IMG/VR virus record: IMGVR_UViG_3300044500_000007
Coordinates: 1-41,450 of that record
Strand: one strand, 5' to 3'
Length of the DNA: 41,450 bases
Source: a virus
Lineage: Duplodnaviria; Caudoviricetes
Shown in pieces: positions 16,114 to 24,745 of the stretch. The position numbers and the translations under genes are program-made. Numbering within the stretch: the first letter of the stretch is position 1; every line of letters begins with the position of its first letter. Below the pieces are notes generated by a model. That model ran no database searches. It saw only the letters and a list, made by a program, of their open reading frames with translations, and was not told the origin of the DNA.

Positions 16114-18621
16114 TTATGGAATCGGATTGGACTGATAACTACTGGAAATTCCATCCGCGACTGGGATCGTCCGAATGTCGGGCAACAAGGCGCTGCCCTG
16201 AGTGCCGAGCTGCATGAGGTAATCTTGAGCAATGGTTTGGCCCGCCGTCATCACGATATTAGCCGCCGCATATCCCCAGCGTAAGAAATTCTCCCAGCTG
16301 TGCACGGTTCGGCCTCCGTGATAGGGATTGTCGGCTCTCGGGATCAGCAAGATGCTGGCCTTTGAGAAGTCCGTATTGGGTGCCGGCGTGTTGGGACTCC
16401 AATAGGCGAATACATACACCTCCTCCACTTCGGTGTAATTGTATGGATTCTGGCTCGCCGTTGCGCGAATCCATCCCGCCGTATCTGGAGGGATGGAACC
16501 AGTCCCGCCTGGATTCTGCAATCCCATAATGGCGTTGAACCATGTGTCAATCGTCTGCGGATTCTGTGCGGTGATTTCGGAGTGGATGTAGATTCTGCCG
16601 TCCGGATAGATCGTGTATTTCACCTTTCCGGTGATATTGGAGAGCACTCCGGTTGATCCGGCAATCGGATGCGATATGGCCTCAAGGACGATTCGAGCCG
16701 CCGTGTTTTCCAAAATCTGGAATGAACGCGGACTGGACGGAAAGTAATATTTCGCCGCACGGGTATAGAGCTTCGGATCGTTCGGCGTGGTTCCATAAAA
16801 CACCTGCTGGAATAGCCCCGGCTCTGCGACGGTGATGTCGCCTTGATTCACGCCATAGGCCGGACCCGCAAGATTGTTCTGCGCCGATGGGTCGTTGACC
16901 AGATCGTACCACTGACTTAATCCTGCATTGTCACCTGCCTCAAACACGAGTCGAAACTGGCCTGACGATTCAATGGTGATGACCTGGTCGATGTTGCTGT
17001 CTGTAAGTATCAAGCTGCCTCCCGTATGTCCGGCAGGATTGGCCTGCCCGCTGTTTGCATCTACGATCCAACCCGAGGTGTCCACCACCTCGAAGCTATC
17101 GGATGGAATCACCTCGATCAGAATGTGTAGATCGTTATCATCCCAACGGGAATCGGGCACGCCTTGAAAAAACCAGTCGCCCCCGTTATCCGATAGCAGC
17201 GCCCCGTATTTTTTGAATGTATTCAGGATGATCTTATTCGTTGGGGAGTATCCGGATGTGTCGAACCCAGATTTCAATCGCACGCGAAGTCCAAGCGGAG
17301 GATTGTTGAGTCCACCAGAGTTGGCGTCGTGTCGAGCTGGCCAGATGTGCGGACCATGGGTCAGGTCCAAAGTGAACCGCAACGCATGGCCAAGATCGCC
17401 TGTAATTCCGGTGGGATCTACAGCCAATCGAGACTGGATTTCATCGTAGCGCACCAGCCCCGGCAGCACGGGAAGTCCTGCGGCATCCGCAGAGGTGAAG
17501 CCGTCCGGACGCAGGGCATTGGAGTCCAGATCCCAATGAGCGTAAGACGCTGCCATGATCGATCCATCGGGCTGACGGATCGCTTTATAAAGTTCGTGCA
17601 ATAGATGCGTATCGGTGTCGAGCAAAAGCAGATGGTGATCGCCTTCGGTCGTCCACGTCGGCGACGATACCGGATCGCCTTCGATGACCACGTTGGGCGG
17701 GATCGGCAGGAAACCTGTGGTCTGGTCTCCTCCGGGCAGTGCATCGCTTTCCGATGCATAGGTCGTCACGTTCACACGGCGCGGCGGTATCGAGTTTCCA
17801 GCAACCGTGTTCACCGGAATCCCATTGAGTAAGCCGTTATAGATCGTTCCGAAATCCGGATGCAACGGATGTCCGCCGTGATCGTTGATCCCGTCGATTG
17901 GCCGCTGAACGGGTAGAGCATTCACCGGTGTATTCCAAACGTTATCCGGAGGGAAGACCGTAACAATTCCAGGCGGAGGATCGCTTACCGTAATGAGAAC
18001 ATCGTCGCTGGTGGACAACGAACCATCACTGACCGTCAGACGCAACGTATAGACTCCGGCAAGCGTAAAGGACGCCGACGTGTTCAGAGCGCTTGCGCTG
18101 CCGAATGTGACCGAGGCCGGGCCGCTAACGACGCTCCACGCCACCGATAGCCAGCCTCCATTGGGCAGTCCATCATCGGTGGCTGTACCGGATAAATTGA
18201 CAGACGCGGGCAGCGTGATTGCCTGATCCGCGCCCGCATTCACGACGGGAGCGACATTGGCCGGAGGCGTCACGACGGTAAACACAACGGAGTTGGACTG
18301 TGCGTTCCCCACTTGAACATGGACGCCACCAGTCACTGCGCCCGATGGCACTTTCACGGTCAGCTGCGTTGGCGTTGCCGCCAGAACGATAGCCTGCACG
18401 GTTCCCGCCGCGTTATGGAAGAAGACCTTATTGGCTCCCAGTGATGATTTAAATCCAGAGCCAGACAAAATGACGCTCTGTCCGATAGAACCGCTAGGTG
18501 GATTGATGTTTGCTAGAAATACGTTTGGCATAGTTGTGACCAGTACGAATGTTCGTGCATCGATTGAGATGGCGGTCATGGCTGCAACCGTGAACGCCAA
18601 AATGGCGAATATGCGTTTCAT
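16114..18621 (-). CDS. 835-aa signal-peptide protein: IPT/TIG + PKD-like + uncharacterised bacterial secreted domain + beta-sandwich
   Basis: Start re-called at MKRIFAILAFTVAAMTAISIDA; INPPSG.IGQSVILSGSGF (IPT); NVAPVVNAGADQ...GVYTLRLTVSDG (PKD-like); TSADAAGLP.LPGLVRYDE domain. Confidence 0.75.
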   Translation of the reverse strand: MKRIFAILAFTVAAMTAISIDARTFVLVTTMPNVFLANINPPSGSIGQSVILSGSGFKSSLGANKVFFHNAAGTVQAIVLAATPTQLTVKVPSGAVTGGVHVQVGNAQSNSVVFTVVTPPANVAPVVNAGADQAITLPASVNLSGTATDDGLPNGGWLSVAWSVVSGPASVTFGSASALNTSASFTLAGVYTLRLTVSDGSLSTSDDVLITVSDPPPGIVTVFPPDNVWNTPVNALPVQRPIDGINDHGGHPLHPDFGTIYNGLLNGIPVNTVAGNSIPPRRVNVTTYASESDALPGGDQTTGFLPIPPNVVIEGDPVSSPTWTTEGDHHLLLLDTDTHLLHELYKAIRQPDGSIMAASYAHWDLDSNALRPDGFTSADAAGLPVLPGLVRYDEIQSRLAVDPTGITGDLGHALRFTLDLTHGPHIWPARHDANSGGLNNPPLGLRVRLKSGFDTSGYSPTNKIILNTFKKYGALLSDNGGDWFFQGVPDSRWDDNDLHILIEVIPSDSFEVVDTSGWIVDANSGQANPAGHTGGSLILTDSNIDQVITIESSGQFRLVFEAGDNAGLSQWYDLVNDPSAQNNLAGPAYGVNQGDITVAEPGLFQQVFYGTTPNDPKLYTRAAKYYFPSSPRSFQILENTAARIVLEAISHPIAGSTGVLSNITGKVKYTIYPDGRIYIHSEITAQNPQTIDTWFNAIMGLQNPGGTGSIPPDTAGWIRATASQNPYNYTEVEEVYVFAYWSPNTPAPNTDFSKASILLIPRADNPYHGGRTVHSWENFLRWGYAAANIVMTAGQTIAQDYLMQLGTQGSALLPDIRTIPVADGISSSYQSNPIP

Positions 18622-18646
18622 GATGCGTCTATCCAGAAGTTCGGCA

Positions 18647-19006
18647 TTACGTCTGCCTCGAAATGGCTTTGTAGGCAACCACGGAAGCGTAAATCGTCGA
18701 TACTGCATCCAGTGTTGCAATGCTGACGGCTTCATTGTCGGGGAATACGATGGGCATGGGGAACGGGTGAATCGATCCGCCCTTGGCAGCAGGTGCCTGC
18801 AATGGGCCGAAGGTCTTACTGGCCGAAGTCAGATTCAGGCCCGTTCCCGACGTGCTATTGGAATTAAAGATGGAACAGTAAACGATGCACCAGCTGAACC
18901 CGTTGCCCGGCTTCGCCAGCAATGGGACTTCTGCTGTTAGTCCGGCATTGTTCGCCGATGGGGACTCGGAGCCCGGATGCGGCGGTGGTGTGTTGTATCC
19001 GCTCAT
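18647..19006 (-). CDS. small beta-rich virion/decoration-like protein
   Basis: ATGA-coupled, in operon, jelly-roll-like composition. Confidence 0.55.
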   Translation of the reverse strand: MSGYNTPPPHPGSESPSANNAGLTAEVPLLAKPGNGFSWCIVYCSIFNSNSTSGTGLNLTSASKTFGPLQAPAAKGGSIHPFPMPIVFPDNEAVSIATLDAVSTIYASVVAYKAISRQT

Positions 19007-19452
19007 TTTCGGTATGTCAGCACGCCGGTCACCGCCCCAGTTGCGGTCGTGATGCAGAGATCCTTGTCGTAGGCGCCGCTGTTGATGATGACCGCCCCCG
19101 CGCCGCCGTAGGCGACTGGCATTTCATCCGCTAGACGGATCGCGCCTGTCAAATTCACGGTACCTGTGCCGCACGTGGTTCCAGTTCCGATTTTGAATTG
19201 AGCCGTCGTCGCTAAGGTGTCGCCCGAGATCAGGAACCCGCAAATGCTCGGACTGGCGCTGGTTTCTCTTGGAATTAGAATCGCGCTGGTTCCAGAAGAG
19301 ACGGAGATGACCACGCTGTAGTCGCACCCTTGGCCCTGTGCATGAACGGGAACCGGCGACATCCACTCATGAGCCGGAATTCGTGGAGTGAGAAGTAGGG
19401 ATGCGGCAACTACCAATCCAAACAGAAATACTGAAATGTGTTTCATAGCCAT
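19003..19452 (-). CDS. signal-peptide protein with 4 Cys in the mature part
   Basis: MKHISVFLFGLVVAASLLL...VHA|Q; GTGTTCGTGT and DLCIT motifs. Confidence 0.7.
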   Translation of the reverse strand: MAMKHISVFLFGLVVAASLLLTPRIPAHEWMSPVPVHAQGQGCDYSVVISVSSGTSAILIPRETSASPSICGFLISGDTLATTAQFKIGTGTTCGTGTVNLTGAIRLADEMPVAYGGAGAVIINSGAYDKDLCITTATGAVTGVLTYRK

Positions 19453-19459
19453 TCTCCGA

Positions 19460-20188
19460 TTAGAAATTTCGGGACCTGAAGTCGATGGGATCGATACCTC
19501 GGTTTCCTTCGGAGGTCATCGAGATTTGATGTAACGAAATGCGTTGCGGCCTGCTGTTCGCGCTCTGGATCCGGGCGCGCCCATTGCGGGCAAAGTCGCG
19601 GGTGTCCTGAGAGACGGTTTTCCCGAACGATGGTGCCAGACGCAGCGCGAGGTTATAGAACAGGGCTTCCCGGTATCCGGGAGCGAGGTAGATCGTGGTG
19701 CTGAGGCTGGCCACGTCATTTAATGGTGTCGGCACATACAGCGCAATGGTTCCGTTTTCGGTCGCAATCGGCCAGGGATAGATCGTTCCCGCACCCAGAG
19801 GCGCCGTCATCGTCTTTTCATACCGGATTCCGGTCGGTCGCGTGGAGGTCAGCGCCTTGTTGCTGACCATTGCCCACTCTTCGTCATCGAAAATCGCCAG
19901 CGGCGATTCGTTGCCCGAGGCATCGACATAATTTGCGGCTGCAATGAAGTCGGGGCGCGCGATGTTCCACGTGGCACCCGTGGCAATCAGGAAGCTTGCA
20001 ACTGAAGCCGTGAGCGTGACCGTCGATCGCACCCAATGGTCGATCATCAGCTGTTCCAGCTTCCACAGGTCGATCATGGAGTTCAGCCGGCGTAAGCCGA
20101 GATCAAAGTCCGAGCCGCCCTGCTGCTCGAATGGCGAGTACGCGCCGATTTCTTCTAAAGCCTCACGGACGATGTCTTGTGCAATCAT
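19460..20188 (-). CDS. P22 gp4-like head-to-tail adaptor
   Basis: IVREALEEIGA, GLRRLNSMIDLW, PGYREALFYNLALRLAPSFG. Confidence 0.82.
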   Translation of the reverse strand: MIAQDIVREALEEIGAYSPFEQQGGSDFDLGLRRLNSMIDLWKLEQLMIDHWVRSTVTLTASVASFLIATGATWNIARPDFIAAANYVDASGNESPLAIFDDEEWAMVSNKALTSTRPTGIRYEKTMTAPLGAGTIYPWPIATENGTIALYVPTPLNDVASLSTTIYLAPGYREALFYNLALRLAPSFGKTVSQDTRDFARNGRARIQSANSRPQRISLHQISMTSEGNRGIDPIDFRSRNF

Positions 20189-20481
20189 GGGAATTGACTC
20201 ACTACTTCAAATTCGCGTTCACTGGCCCCAGCGCCGGTTCCCGTGCCATAGCCACGGGTGTAATAAATCCCGACCTCGGACGCATCCATATCGACGTAAT
20301 ACTGTCCGACGGCTAGCTGCACCAGGCCTGCATCGACCGCGAAAACCAAGGTGGTGACCGTTCCGCCCGCGCCCCGCTTCCACTTGAAACCCACGGCAAC
20401 GGGATCGACCAAGCTGTTATCGGAGAGCAGCCGGAATTCAAACGACACCCGAACGGTAGAACCCTTGACGTATGTATTCAT
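20185..20481 (-). CDS. small Ig-like virion protein
   Basis: G.TVRVSFEF..LVDP...GQYYVD...G.YY.R..GTG; coupled on both sides. Confidence 0.6.
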   Translation of the reverse strand: MNTYVKGSTVRVSFEFRLLSDNSLVDPVAVGFKWKRGAGGTVTTLVFAVDAGLVQLAVGQYYVDMDASEVGIYYTRGYGTGTGAGASEREFEVVSQFP

Positions 20482-20648
20482 TGCGCGTCGTTCATGAAGC
20501 AGTCGTAGCGGATCGCGTCCGTAATCGTTACCCCGGAGGCTCCGGAAGCCACAGGACCGACGGTTCCTGCCGCCCCGCCCGGCTGCGGATAGGTGAAGCC
20601 CCCCGAGCCACTGACACCGCCAGGAGTGATCGGATCAAAGGATGACAT
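20478..20648 (-). CDS. 56-aa Gly/Pro-rich peptide MSSFDPITPGG...FMNDAQ (not in ORF track)
   Basis: Starts directly after the upstream stop codon and ends in an ATGA overlap. Confidence 0.55.
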   Translation of the reverse strand: MSSFDPITPGGVSGSGGFTYPQPGGAAGTVGPVASGASGVTITDAIRYDCFMNDAQ

Positions 20649-21557
20649 TTAGTGTTGGGGTTTTGAGGTCGCCTGGGACTGCCGGTAGCCCGTGGCGTTG
20701 CACACGATGCTCACATCGTTGGCGTTGGTTTCCGACTGCGTGAGCGTGATGTAATACTCCCCGTGTCCGATTTCGGCCTCCGTCGTGTCGTTGGTCGTCG
20801 CATACGCCGCATGGTCCTTCGATATTTCGCAAGTGATCGCGCCCGTGGTCAGCCCCGTTGTTGGAACTCCGGTCGTGTTATCGAACATGAAGAAGTGAAA
20901 CTCCTGGGAAGCCACATTCTTCTGTAGTCCATAGAGTCCGGTCTGAAACTCGGTCGTCACGTCGGGGTCAAACTTCGATGCCGTGAAGGCGTTCGACGCA
21001 ATCGAGGCGGTGGTGATCACGGCAGACGCCATCGCCGACACATTGGCCTCCGCACGATGCGCGGATGGGTCATAGCCGGTATCGGCAAAGTCCTTGAGAT
21101 CCGTTGCCGACTGCGTCACATCCCCGAGTTTGGAGATATTCACATCGAGCACGTCTGCGCCGAAGAGCGCGTCATAGACATTAGCCGGATAGACAAAGCA
21201 GGTCCGGAAGACAAAGAGAGCACCCGAAACATGCACGTCGATTTCCAGCATGCCGACTGTGGCCGTGTCGGTCGCATCGAGGGTGATCCGGTAATTGCCA
21301 TGCTCTTCGTGGGTCGCACCGCCCGAGTTTTTGGACGCCCAATTCGAACCGTTGACCTTCAGTCGTATATCGGTATTGGCAATGGTCAGACCCGTCTTTT
21401 CGGTATCGCCGTCTGAAGAGTCCAGAAACGGGCCGATGTTGACTTCCTGAGTCGCGGTCGATTGCTTGAGGATGCAGCCGCCTTGAGCCCATGCTAATGA
21501 TGGCAGTGCTACAAACGAAAAGATCAGAATTCCAAGGCAGACTACAAATCGTTTCAT
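20649..21557 (-). CDS. signal-peptide accessory protein with two Ig-like modules
   Basis: MKRFVVCLGILIFSFVALPSLAWA|Q; LKQSTA.Q...GPFLDS.DG...GNY.ITLDATDT.T.G motif. Confidence 0.72.
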   Translation of the reverse strand: MKRFVVCLGILIFSFVALPSLAWAQGGCILKQSTATQEVNIGPFLDSSDGDTEKTGLTIANTDIRLKVNGSNWASKNSGGATHEEHGNYRITLDATDTATVGMLEIDVHVSGALFVFRTCFVYPANVYDALFGADVLDVNISKLGDVTQSATDLKDFADTGYDPSAHRAEANVSAMASAVITTASIASNAFTASKFDPDVTTEFQTGLYGLQKNVASQEFHFFMFDNTTGVPTTGLTTGAITCEISKDHAAYATTNDTTEAEIGHGEYYITLTQSETNANDVSIVCNATGYRQSQATSKPQH

Positions 21558-23383
21558 CGGTTTCTCCGTTGCCGCAGATAGAAAGAAATTCTAGGTAATG
21601 CTGTATCTACATCGTTTGCTACGTCGCCGATATCATCGATCCATGCAGTATGCGCATCGGTGCCCGTATCGGTAAACTTGATGCCGGTAATACTGGAGTA
21701 CCCTGTATAAGAATCAACCCATGAACTATAGGACCCACCATCAAGAGCGACACGGGCTTGATTGGGGTGGCCTACTAGATCAAAATTGACTTCAACCAGA
21801 TATGAGTGATTGATCGTATAGCCAGCAAGTAGCGTTGTGCCTTGAATCGTGATAGCCCCAGCGCTGTTCATTGTAATAAACACTCCGCCATTGCCAGCCT
21901 CATCGAGAAGGGATGCGTAGAAATACCCATTCGTAATCGACTGCGACATTCTAAAGAATCTCGAAAAGACTCCGGTCTGGGCGGTGAATAGCCGCCTCGC
22001 TTCGTCAAGTCCAGATGCGGCGTTAAATCGTGAGGACTTTCCACTCATCCAAGCCGGAGAATTCTCTACCGTTACCGTTCCGTTCAGCAATTGCCAGCTT
22101 TGAGTAAATCCACTTCCCAGGTTGAGTCCGTCAATACTGGTCCCTGCCGAGTAGGAATCAAAATCCTCATCCAATGGATCAGTTGGATTTGAACCGCTTG
22201 GAGTTTCATAGGCCCCTATGGATGGTGGGTCCGGTCGCGTGACGCCATCAAAGTCGACCGTCACTTCCGTAACGGCCACTCCAGCTGCTAACGCATCACT
22301 GGTATCGAGCAGATGGAAATCATGGCCGGAGACATTAACGAAATCCGGATCGGTCGTCAGATTGTTAGAACTATCCGTGGATGTGCCGTCATCGAGAATC
22401 GTGTCGTTGCCGTTCAGATAGAGAATATTGTTTTTGATGCGGTTATTGCTTCCGCCGATTATCCATACGCCACGGTCACTATTTGCGTAAATCGTGTTGA
22501 AGGCTATAAGGCAATCATCCGTTGTGACGGCAATACCGCCGACGCCGGAAGCCGTCAGGCCATTGTTATACATGACATTGTTATAGACTTCAGAGTTTAC
22601 CCCGTCGCGAATGACGAATGCGGCGCCGTAGGAATCGTGCACGATATTGTTTCGATAAATGTTGTTGTCCAGGCCACCGGCTCCGTTGTATTGATGGATA
22701 GCCGCCCCACCCTGTACAGAATTGCCAGTATTGAAAACTTCATTTCCTTCAACCAGGCTATCTTCACCACCCATATAGATGCCATGCGGGGGGAATCCAT
22801 CCGCGCTCGGATTGGTATTGCCGCAATTCCCGATAATGTTGTTGAGGATGAAGTAATGGTGGTTTCCGGTCTTTCCGATAGTGCCACCCCGTCCGAGGCC
22901 AACACAGTATTCGGGGCCGAGCGCGGTGCTATTTTGAAGAGTGATATAAGACGAGCCCTCTCCACCAAAACCGGAAAAATCATCACCGGCGCCAAGCGCC
23001 CAATACATAGTGTCGTCACCAAGGAGGACAAGCCCGTCGATGACAATGAAGTCGCGGTTCTGAATAGTAATGATGGCATTGAATGCGCTGACACCAGTCA
23101 GCGTAACTGCACGGTTATTGATTGCTCGAACTATGGTCGGAGAGCCCGCTGATGCCCCACTCACAATATTGGTGATGGATTCTGCGTAGGTTCCATCATT
23201 GATCAGGAGCGTATCCCCGGCCCCGGATGACAGCAGCGCCAAGCCTGCTGCAATTGTCGTCTTGCCATGCGCAAGAGACAAGCCTGTGGTGTTATCGCCG
23301 GTCTTGGATGTGTAGAAGGTCGTCGCGAGGCTCGGACGCGAGAGTGCCAGCACCACGCCGATGAGGAGCAGGAGGCGTTTCAT
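21554..23383 (-). CDS. signal-peptide right-handed beta-helix protein (pectin-lyase-like) with C-terminal ConA-like domain
   Basis: MKRLLLLIGVVLALSRPSLA|T; GDTLLINDGTYAE; Asn ladders (NNIYRNNIVHD); DP.FV...DFHL...DFDG.TR...IGAYE. Confidence 0.8.
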   Translation of the reverse strand: MKRLLLLIGVVLALSRPSLATTFYTSKTGDNTTGLSLAHGKTTIAAGLALLSSGAGDTLLINDGTYAESITNIVSGASAGSPTIVRAINNRAVTLTGVSAFNAIITIQNRDFIVIDGLVLLGDDTMYWALGAGDDFSGFGGEGSSYITLQNSTALGPEYCVGLGRGGTIGKTGNHHYFILNNIIGNCGNTNPSADGFPPHGIYMGGEDSLVEGNEVFNTGNSVQGGAAIHQYNGAGGLDNNIYRNNIVHDSYGAAFVIRDGVNSEVYNNVMYNNGLTASGVGGIAVTTDDCLIAFNTIYANSDRGVWIIGGSNNRIKNNILYLNGNDTILDDGTSTDSSNNLTTDPDFVNVSGHDFHLLDTSDALAAGVAVTEVTVDFDGVTRPDPPSIGAYETPSGSNPTDPLDEDFDSYSAGTSIDGLNLGSGFTQSWQLLNGTVTVENSPAWMSGKSSRFNAASGLDEARRLFTAQTGVFSRFFRMSQSITNGYFYASLLDEAGNGGVFITMNSAGAITIQGTTLLAGYTINHSYLVEVNFDLVGHPNQARVALDGGSYSSWVDSYTGYSSITGIKFTDTGTDAHTAWIDDIGDVANDVDTALPRISFYLRQRRNR

Positions 23384-23728
23384 TTACTCGGCCTCTTTGG
23401 CTTTCGCGAGTGCTTTCGCAATCATGGGAAGGGATTCCAGCGCCGCCACCCTAGCTTCCAGCGCTGCCAATTGATCTTCGGGAGACATCGGCATGACTGG
23501 CTCGGAAGCCGTGGCTGGCTTATCAAAAGACAGGCCTCGAGATTCGGCTTCCTCGCTGGAATCGACCAAGACGGTCTGACCGTTTGCGTTGTATGCAATA
23601 CGCGGCCAATCCTGCTGAATGAAATGCGCGGAATAGCCTTCGGCCTGAAGCTCAATCACGCGCTTCTCCGTGCTGGGATACTCGACCGTGCAGCCCTCTT
23701 TGTACATGGGTGGAAATTGCAGTTGCAT
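23384..23728 (-). CDS. hypothetical head-region protein
   Basis: AAAGG RBS, QFPPMY/WPRIAY internal repeat, short coiled coil. Confidence 0.65.
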   Translation of the reverse strand: MQLQFPPMYKEGCTVEYPSTEKRVIELQAEGYSAHFIQQDWPRIAYNANGQTVLVDSSEEAESRGLSFDKPATASEPVMPMSPEDQLAALEARVAALESLPMIAKALAKAKEAE

Positions 23729-23756
23729 GGAAATGCCTTTCTGAAGTGTTGAATTG

Positions 23757-23819
23757 GGGCGGGGCCGAGGAGACAGAGCCCCGCCCTCTCACGCTGCCGG
23801 GAGACAACCTTCAGCGCGA
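23757..23819 (-). other. two tandem stem-loops each presenting UGUCUCC
   Basis: Stems 23757-23765/23778-23786 and 23789-23796/23812-23819; GGAGACA on + at 23769 and 23800. Confidence 0.7.
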
Positions 23820-23826
23820 AACCGAA

Positions 23827-24681
23827 CTATTCCGGCAAGAGAGAAATAGTGATTACCATCCCCGTGACCGTATCGGTTGCCGCCGAAGCGTCCCAGGACA
23901 GACGATTTCCAGCCACTAGATGCAAGGCCGCCGTGGTTGATGTCAGCGTACCCACTACCGGAACACGGGTGGTCGATGTGAGGTCAAACGCGGTTGCCAG
24001 CAGGTCCGTACCCGCGCCTGGCGCATCGGTTGAGGTGTCTTTGACCACCTGTACCGATGCCGCCGTGTCTTCAATCGTGTTGTGGACTTCCGTGATGCCG
24101 ATGACCCGGTACGGTCGATCGGCCAGGAAACAGCTGGAATCCACATTCACAATTGCAGCCGTCAGTCCGACGCACTGCACAATCTTGATATTGCTTCCAG
24201 GCCCGCTGATGATGGTAAAGGAGTCGCCGACGCACTGATAACGGTTACCCGTTGGCACATGCACGGTGATGGTGTACCCCTGAGCGGTCGGGCTGCACGG
24301 CCCATACGGCTGAGCTTCCAGCATGACACCGGAGGTCGTGCCGCCGGTTGCCGCTCCTGCAGCCGGGATAAACGAGCCGCTGATCCCGATCGTGACCTTG
24401 GCCAGAGAGATATGCGGAGTCGCCAACCCTTTTTGCGCCCGAACGACGGGAATCGTCGTACCGGAAACATAAGTGGCGCCGACACGCATTAATTCCCGAT
24501 CGACAAAGATAAAACGACCCGCAACAACGCCCGTGGCAGATGTCAGCGTGATCGAGTTCTGCTGTGTGGTCGTGACCGCCGCGGCCAGAGTTGTTTCTGT
24601 CGTGGCAGTCTGCGAGAATCCGGAAACAGCGGCCATTAACGCCAGTGCTGCCCCCAGAATCAGTCTATTCAATACTTTCAT
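23827..24681 (-). CDS. 284-aa signal-peptide protein at the capsid-decoration gene position
   Basis: GGAG RBS then MKVLNRLILGAALALMAAVSGFS|Q; TTLAAAV...IFVDRELMRV...VVRAQ.G module; 4 Cys. Confidence 0.75.
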   Translation of the reverse strand: MKVLNRLILGAALALMAAVSGFSQTATTETTLAAAVTTTQQNSITLTSATGVVAGRFIFVDRELMRVGATYVSGTTIPVVRAQKGLATPHISLAKVTIGISGSFIPAAGAATGGTTSGVMLEAQPYGPCSPTAQGYTITVHVPTGNRYQCVGDSFTIISGPGSNIKIVQCVGLTAAIVNVDSSCFLADRPYRVIGITEVHNTIEDTAASVQVVKDTSTDAPGAGTDLLATAFDLTSTTRVPVVGTLTSTTAALHLVAGNRLSWDASAATDTVTGMVITISLLPE

Positions 24682-24709
24682 GGTGTTCTCCAATTCGAAA
24701 ATTTGGGGT

Positions 24710-24737
24710 TGGGGCCGGTCCCGAAGGACTCGGCCCG
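24710..24737 (-). other. GC-rich C(UUCG)G hairpin after the coat gene (mRNA stabiliser or weak terminator)
   Basis: Minus strand gggccgagtccTTCGggaccggccc; no adjacent U-tract. Confidence 0.6.
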
Positions 24738-24745
24738 TCTGGTGT

